Source: Longimicrobiales bacterium
GTDB lineage: Bacteria > Gemmatimonadota > Gemmatimonadetes > Longimicrobiales > Gaopeijiaceae
Assembly (NCBI GenBank): GCA_965197725.1
Contig: CBDANQ010000012.1
Coordinates: forward strand, 1 to 34,501
Length of the DNA: 34,501 bases
Reading direction: 5' to 3'
Shown piece by piece: positions 28,981 through 34,501 of this stretch. Made by a program: the position numbers and the translations under genes. The notes below the pieces were generated by a model that was given only the letters and a program-made list of their open reading frames with translations, ran no database searches and was not told where the DNA came from. Position 1 is the stretch's first letter. Every line of letters starts with the position of its first letter.

Positions 28981-29958
28981 ATGAAGAAGGCCCGCCTCAA
29001 AGTGATGCTGCGGGTGTGCGGCATCGCCGCGCTCGCCTCTACGATCTCAGCCGCCCCCGCCTCCGCGCAGAACTCGGACGACTGCCGATGCGCCGATCGC
29101 GACGGTAACGAGATCGAGAACCGCTCGTGCTTCGGCGTGAGCCCACTCCGGGAGCTGGTCCGAAGGTTCACTCCAAGGGCGGACGCCCGCCCGCGTATCG
29201 GGATTTCTGTCGACCCGCGGCAGAGCGCCAGAAATGATGCGCACGGCGCCCGGGTCACGGCGCTCATGGAAGACGGTCCCGCCGCGGAAGCCGGAATTCG
29301 CGTGGGCGACGTGATCACGTCAGTCGACGGCCTCTCGCTTTTCGAGCCGCTTTCGGGAAATGCGGAGGACAACTTCGATCCCGGCGAGTCGACTCCGGTG
29401 CAGCGATTGCTCGCGATCTCTGCTGATCTCGAGCCCGGCCAGGAGGTCGAGGTCGAGTACGTGCGGCGCGGCGAGACCCAGACCGCCACGGTGGAGGCGC
29501 GGGAGCTTTCCTCGTGGGGGACCGACTGGCGCAGCGGCGGCTTCGATTTCGCGTGGCCGACGTGTCCCGGAGCGATCGTCGGCGACTACCTGCTGAGCGG
29601 CAACGCCTTCTCCCTCTTCTCGGGGAGCGTCCACGGGATCGAGCTTATAGAGATGAAGCCGGGGCTCGCCTCCTACTTCGGCACGGAGGCCGGGATACTC
29701 GTCACCAACGTGGACGAGGATTCGACGCTAGGCCTCGAGCCGGGCGACGTCATTCTCCGCATCGGCGACCGAGACGCGACGAGTCCGGGTCGGGTCCGCC
29801 GCATCCTGAGCACGTACGACGAGGACGAGGAGATCACCCTGCGCATCATGCGGGATCATGAGGAGATGACAGTCAGAGGTCGCCTAAGGCGGCTGACATA
29901 TGGGAGCTTAACTTCGGGCCGCATGATCCCCAAGTCATTGTCCCGATCACCCTCCTAG
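28981..29958 (+). CDS. Secreted protein with two PDZ domains
   Basis: Signal peptide; GARVTALMEDGPAAEAGIRVGDVITSVDG and GILVTNVDEDSTLGLEPGDVILRIG; no protease domain seen. Confidence 0.8.
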   Translation: MKKARLKVMLRVCGIAALASTISAAPASAQNSDDCRCADRDGNEIENRSCFGVSPLRELVRRFTPRADARPRIGISVDPRQSARNDAHGARVTALMEDGPAAEAGIRVGDVITSVDGLSLFEPLSGNAEDNFDPGESTPVQRLLAISADLEPGQEVEVEYVRRGETQTATVEARELSSWGTDWRSGGFDFAWPTCPGAIVGDYLLSGNAFSLFSGSVHGIELIEMKPGLASYFGTEAGILVTNVDEDSTLGLEPGDVILRIGDRDATSPGRVRRILSTYDEDEEITLRIMRDHEEMTVRGRLRRLTYGSLTSGRMIPKSLSRSPS

Positions 29959-29970
29959 GCAGCCGCCGAC

Positions 29971-31479
29971 GTGATCCGATCTCTGCTCGTCGCCAACCGC
30001 GGCGAGATCGCAGTGCGCATCGTGCGCGCGGCCCGCGAGAGAGGAATCCGGACCATCGCTGTCTTTTCCGAGCCTGATCGCCTCGCGCCTCACGTGCTCG
30101 AGGCGGACGAGGCATACCCGATCGGGCCGGCTGCTTCTGCCGAGAGCTACCTAAGGGCGGACAAGCTGATCGAGGTCGCCACGGCCTCGGGCGCCGAAGC
30201 GATCCACCCCGGGTACGGCTTCCTCGCGGAGCAAGCCTCGTTCGCGCAGGCGGTCGAAGACTCCGGACTGATCTTCGTCGGGCCTAGCGCCGAGACGATC
30301 GCCGCGATGGGGGACAAGACCGAGGCGAGGCGGCGAATGGCCGACGCGGGCGTGCCGATTGTTCCGGGCCTGACCCAGGCGGTCTCCGACGCGGGAGAAG
30401 CCGCCGCCGCCGCCGTCCAAGTCGGCTTTCCCGTGCTACTCAAGGCCTCCGCGGGGGGCGGGGGCACGGGCATGCGCGTGGTCGAGGCCGAGCCTGACAT
30501 TGAGCGGGCCTTCGAGGCCGCCCAGCGCGAAGCGCTCGCCGCGTTCGGCGACGACTCCGTGTACCTGGAGCGATATCTGGACCAACCCCGACACATCGAA
30601 ATCCAAGTGCTGGGCGACGCTCACGGCAACGTGGTGCACCTGGGCGATCGCGAGTGCTCCATCCAGCGCCGGCACCAAAAACTGATCGAAGAGGCGCCTT
30701 CGCCGGTTTTGAGCCCGGAGGCACGTGCCGCCATGGGCGAGGCTGCGGTCCGAGCCGCGAGGGCCGTCGACTACCGTAGCGCGGGCACGGTCGAGTTCCT
30801 GTACCAGGACGGCGAGTTCTTCTTCCTAGAGATGAACACACGCCTGCAGGTCGAGCACCCGGTTACCGAGCTCGTCACCGGGCTGGACATCGTCGACTGG
30901 CAGCTGCGCGTCGCCTCGGGCGAGCTCCTGGACTTTCGTCAGGAAGATGTACAGCTGAACGGGCATTCCATCGAGTGCCGAATCGTCTGCGAAGACCCCT
31001 CGACGGGCTTCCTGCCCTCGACCGGCGTCATCACACGGCTCGAAACGCCGACAGGCCCCGGGGTACGCTGGGACGGAGGTGTCGTCGAGGGCTTCCAGGT
31101 TTCGCCGCACTATGACCCGTTACTCGGAAAACTCATCGTGCACGCACCGACTCGCGCGGCGGCGATCTCGCGCATGGCGCGAGCGCTCGACACGCTCGTG
31201 CTCATCGGTGTGGAAAGCAGCGCGCCCTTCCATCGACGTGTGATGGACGAGGCGGACTTTCACTCCGGCTCCTTCTCGATACGCTACCTCGAGCAACACC
31301 CCGAGCTGCTAGAACTCGCCGACTCGGAGGACGCGCTGCAGGCGGCCGCCGTGGCCGCCGCTCTGCTCGAAGAAGAGCACCGTCGGCTGCACCGCACGGC
31401 ACGGATCGGCGCGAACGGGAGTACCGCGATCTCAGCGTGGCGCGCAGCTAGCTGGCCTTGGCGGCGGGAGCGAAAATGA
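29971..31479 (+). CDS. accC: Biotin carboxylase subunit of acetyl/propionyl-CoA carboxylase
   Basis: LVANRGEIAVR, IHPGYGFLAE, ECSIQRRHQK, FLEMNTRLQVEHPVTE, YDPLLGKL. Confidence 0.92.
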   Translation: MIRSLLVANRGEIAVRIVRAARERGIRTIAVFSEPDRLAPHVLEADEAYPIGPAASAESYLRADKLIEVATASGAEAIHPGYGFLAEQASFAQAVEDSGLIFVGPSAETIAAMGDKTEARRRMADAGVPIVPGLTQAVSDAGEAAAAAVQVGFPVLLKASAGGGGTGMRVVEAEPDIERAFEAAQREALAAFGDDSVYLERYLDQPRHIEIQVLGDAHGNVVHLGDRECSIQRRHQKLIEEAPSPVLSPEARAAMGEAAVRAARAVDYRSAGTVEFLYQDGEFFFLEMNTRLQVEHPVTELVTGLDIVDWQLRVASGELLDFRQEDVQLNGHSIECRIVCEDPSTGFLPSTGVITRLETPTGPGVRWDGGVVEGFQVSPHYDPLLGKLIVHAPTRAAAISRMARALDTLVLIGVESSAPFHRRVMDEADFHSGSFSIRYLEQHPELLELADSEDALQAAAVAAALLEEEHRRLHRTARIGANGSTAISAWRAASWPWRRERK

Positions 31480-31505
31480 GCGATGCGGGAGCCAAAATGA
31501 GCGAT
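31464..31505 (+). repeat. 21-bp tandem duplication across the accC stop / rlmD start
   Basis: GCGGGAGCGAAAATGAGCGAT then GCGGGAGCCAAAATGAGCGAT (1 mismatch). Confidence 0.9.
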
Positions 31506-32794
31506 GCCCGATCGACTCGAGACGCCCTGGCCGACGTACACGTGCGCGCCGTAGCGTCGAACGGGTCCGGCGTCGCGGACCTACCGGACGGAAGAGTGGT
31601 CTTCATACCGCGAACGGCTCCGGGCGACCACGCGCGTGTGCGGCTGGGCAAGGTCAAGCGCAGGTGGGCACAGGCGTCGGTTGTCGAGTTGCTCGAGCAA
31701 GCCCCGAACCGGATCGACGCACCGTGTGCGCTCTTCGATACGTGTGGCGGATGCACGCTCCAGCACCTGCCGTACGAAGACCAGCTCGAATGGAAGAGCC
31801 TCTTCGTCTCGGATGCCATGAAGCGCATCGGAGGCCTCGAAGTCGATCCGCCAACCGTGCTCCCATCGCCCAGAAGTCTTTGGGTACCGGAATCGGGTCA
31901 GTTACTCTCTGCGCCGCCTTCGGGGTGGGCGAGTCGTAGCGGGCTTCCATGCCCTCGGGCGGCCGGCTCACGTGATCGACGTCGCGGATGAGTGCCTGCT
32001 TCCCGAGGCTTCGCTCCGGATCGCCTGGACAGCGCTTCGGGAGGGTTGGGGCGGCGGCGCGCGTCACCTGCCACCTGCAGGTCGGGCTACGGCTGACGCT
32101 TCGCAGCGCGGGCGACGGGGTAGCGCTCGTGGTCGACGGTGGCGCGTCCGGGTGGAGCGCCGGCGACCTTACCGAGTCGGTGCCCGGTCTGGTAGCGATC
32201 TGGCACCGACCGAGCGGGGCAGCAAAAGCGACACTCGTTCACGGATCTGAGGCCGTCACCCCAGGGGGCTCGGATGCGTCGCGGTGGGTGGGGGACAGCT
32301 TCCGCCAGGTGAACACCGCGCTTGGGGGAGCGCTTCGTGACTTCGTGCTGCTGCGAGCGGAAGCGGCAAACCACGTGGTGGATGCGTATTGCGGCGGCGG
32401 TGCATTCGCGAGAGAGCTCGCACGACGCGGTGCCGACGTCACGGGCATCGAAGTGGACCCCGCCGCGTGCGCTGCGGCTAGGAACGATGCTCCGGACACA
32501 CTCGGCATCGTGCAGGGGCTCGTCGAGGACCGGCTCGCGGCGGTGCTTCCGACGGATCTGCTCATCCTCAACCCACCGCGTTCGGGCTTGCACGACTCGG
32601 TGCCGGACGTCATCCGCGCATCCGCACCCGGCCGCGTGATCTACGTGAGTTGTGACCCGGCCACGCTGGCCCGCGACGTGGCCCGGCTCATCGACGCATA
32701 CACGCTGGTTGAGATCCGGGCCTTCGATCTCTTCCCTCAGACCGCACACGTGGAGACAGTTGCGGTGCTCGCCCGATCGGGGGACGACGCATGA
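31476..32794 (+). CDS. rlmD: TRAM-domain RNA (uracil-C5)-methyltransferase, RlmD family; split by +1 indels near 31879-31881 and 32084-32086
   Basis: TRAM domain (GRVVFIPRTAPGD), APCALFDTCGGCTLQH Fe-S motif, corrected GYRNRV, SFRQVN, DAYCGGG, LNPPRSG, YVSCDPATLARD, DLFPQTAHVE. Confidence 0.85.
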
Positions 32795-33357
32795 TCTACC
32801 ACGTCGCCATCGGCGAGCACACGATCAAAGTGCAGCTCGGCCCGGACGGAGTCGAGATCGACGGGGTGGCAGTGGACATCGATGTCGCGGGCCTCGAGGG
32901 GACCGCCGTGCGCAGCCTTCTGATGGATGGCACCTCCCATCGGGTGCTCGCGCGCCGGGAGAGCAGAGGGCGATGGGACGTGCACGTGGGAGGTCGCCGG
33001 TTCCAGGCTGAGGTGCTCGACGAACGTACCATGGCGATTCGGGAGATCACGGCGGCCGTCTCGGGACCTGTGGGACCGAGTCCAGTGCGGGCACCGATGC
33101 CTGGCCTGGTGGTCAGCGTTGAAGTGTCCGTGGACGACATCGTCACGGCCGGGCAGGGGGTGGCCATCGTAGAGGCGATGAAGATGGAAAACGAGCTGAC
33201 CGCGGAAGTGGAGGCGCGTGTCTCCGCCGTGCTTGTCACGCAGGGAGACGCCGTCGAGAGGGACCAGGTGCTCGTCGAGCTCGCCGCCCTTTCCGATCAC
33301 CCTTCTAGAGCCGGACGCCCCGTGATCAAACCCGTCCCGGAGAGGCGAGATGTCTGA
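32791..33357 (+). CDS. Biotin carboxyl carrier protein subunit
   Basis: [10 protein letters not shown]...[10 protein letters not shown] biotinylation motif. Confidence 0.92.
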   Translation: MIYHVAIGEHTIKVQLGPDGVEIDGVAVDIDVAGLEGTAVRSLLMDGTSHRVLARRESRGRWDVHVGGRRFQAEVLDERTMAIREITAAVSGPVGPSPVRAPMPGLVVSVEVSVDDIVTAGQGVAIVEAMKMENELTAEVEARVSAVLVTQGDAVERDQVLVELAALSDHPSRAGRPVIKPVPERRDV

Positions 33358-34501
33358 CGGCGAAGACACGAGGCGCAAGGTGACGACCGACAGCGGGATC
33401 GAGGTCGAGCCGTGCTACGGTCCCCAAGACGCCTCCCATCAGCCGGGCGTCTTCCCCTTCACGCGCGGAATCTATGCGGACATGTACCGGGGTCGGGTGT
33501 GGACGACGCGCCAGTACGCCGGTTTCGGTACGGCGGAGGAAACCAACGAGCGCTTCCGATATCTGCTCGACCGCGGCCAGACCGGCCTCTCGGTCGCCTT
33601 CGACCTGCCAACGCAGATGGGGTACGACTCGGACGCAGCATTGGCCCGAGGTGAGGTGGGGCGCGTGGGGGTGGCGATCGATTCGCTTGCGGACATGCGG
33701 CGACTCTTCGACGGCATCCGTCTCGACGATGTCTCCACGTCGATGACGATCAACTCGACGGCGTCGATTCTTCTGGCCCTATACGTCGCGCTCGGCGACG
33801 AGCAAGGAGTACCCCGGGACTCGCTCGCCGGCACGGTGCAGAACGACGTGCTCAAGGAGTACGTCGCGCGAGGCACGTACATCTATCCTGTGGACGCGAG
33901 CCTGAGGCTCGTCTCGGACGTCATCTTATTCTGCTCTCGCGAGATTCCTCGTTGGAACGCGATCTCGATCTCCGGCTACCACATCCGGGAGGCGGGGTCC
34001 ACAGCTCCTCTGGAGGTCGCATTCACATTTGCCGACGGGCTCGAGTACGTGGCACGGGCGATCGGCGCCGGCCTCGACATCGAGTCGTTCGCGCCCCGGC
34101 TTTCCTTCTTCTTCGCGGCGCACAACGATCTGCTCGAGGAAGTAGCGAAGTTCCGGGCGGCCCGCCGGCTGTGGGCGAAGCTGCTCAAGGAGCGCTACGG
34201 CGCCTCCGACGAGTCGTGCCGGCTCCGCTTCCACACGCAGACCGGCGGCTCGACGCTGACGGCCCAGCAGGCGCTCAACAATGTGGTTCGGGTCACCGTG
34301 CAGGCGCTGGCGGCCACGTTGGGCGGTACCCAGTCGCTACACACGAACGGGTTCGACGAGGCACTCGCGCTCCCCACGGAGGAGTCCGCAAAGCTCGCTC
34401 TCCGTACCCAGCAGATCATTGCCGCGGAATGCGGTGTCACGCGCACCGCTGACCCGCTCGGCGGTTCGCACTACGTCGAGGCGCTCACCGACGAGATCGA
34501 G
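33350..34501 (+). CDS. Methylmalonyl-CoA mutase, substrate-binding (large) subunit; runs off the window's right edge
   Basis: Not in the ORF track. ATG 33350: [95 protein letters not shown]. The Tyr (RQYAG) and Arg (ARGT) match methylmalonyl-CoA specificity. Confidence 0.93.
   Translation, partial: MSDGEDTRRKVTTDSGIEVEPCYGPQDASHQPGVFPFTRGIYADMYRGRVWTTRQYAGFGTAEETNERFRYLLDRGQTGLSVAFDLPTQMGYDSDAALARGEVGRVGVAIDSLADMRRLFDGIRLDDVSTSMTINSTASILLALYVALGDEQGVPRDSLAGTVQNDVLKEYVARGTYIYPVDASLRLVSDVILFCSREIPRWNAISISGYHIREAGSTAPLEVAFTFADGLEYVARAIGAGLDIESFAPRLSFFFAAHNDLLEEVAKFRAARRLWAKLLKERYGASDESCRLRFHTQTGGSTLTAQQALNNVVRVTVQALAATLGGTQSLHTNGFDEALALPTEESAKLALRTQQIIAAECGVTRTADPLGGSHYVEALTDEIE

Noticed and set aside
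1..34501. CRISPR array, integron attC cassettes, IS transposase, rRNA
   Set aside because: No regularly spaced repeats, attC-like RYYYAAC...GTTRRRY structures at cargo gene ends, transposase motifs or rRNA sequence were seen by eye.

Overview
GC-rich bacterial window; the gene content looks Gemmatimonadota-like (inference only). It has two parts. (1) <1-7976 is a decayed integrative/mobilisable element abutting the 5' end of an intact tRNA-Leu(TAA) (7977-8060). It carries an McrB-type GTPase lacking its N-terminal domain, a MOBQ (RSF1010 MobA-like) relaxase with an oriT-like hairpin, more AT-rich cargo (two putative lipoproteins, a DUF2806 protein), a highly structured non-coding element (4538-4772), a 5'-truncated mobile-element protein, joined fragments of two TrkA/RCK genes and a T6SS ClpV, and only the C-terminal ~63 codons of a tyrosine integrase. 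(2) 8328-34501 is chromosomal backbone: a ~900-aa coiled-coil protein, class I glutamine amidotransferase, DUF4159, msrPQ, a membrane diguanylate cyclase, a TonB-dependent receptor, rnz-tyrA-aroA-cmk-rpsA, an LpoA/LppC-like lipoprotein, and a propionyl-CoA carboxylase/methylmalonyl-CoA mutase cluster interleaved with a PDZ protein and an RlmD-type methyltransferase. Several genes are split by single-base indels in homopolymer runs, probably sequencing errors. Family assignments come from recognised motifs; no searches were run.
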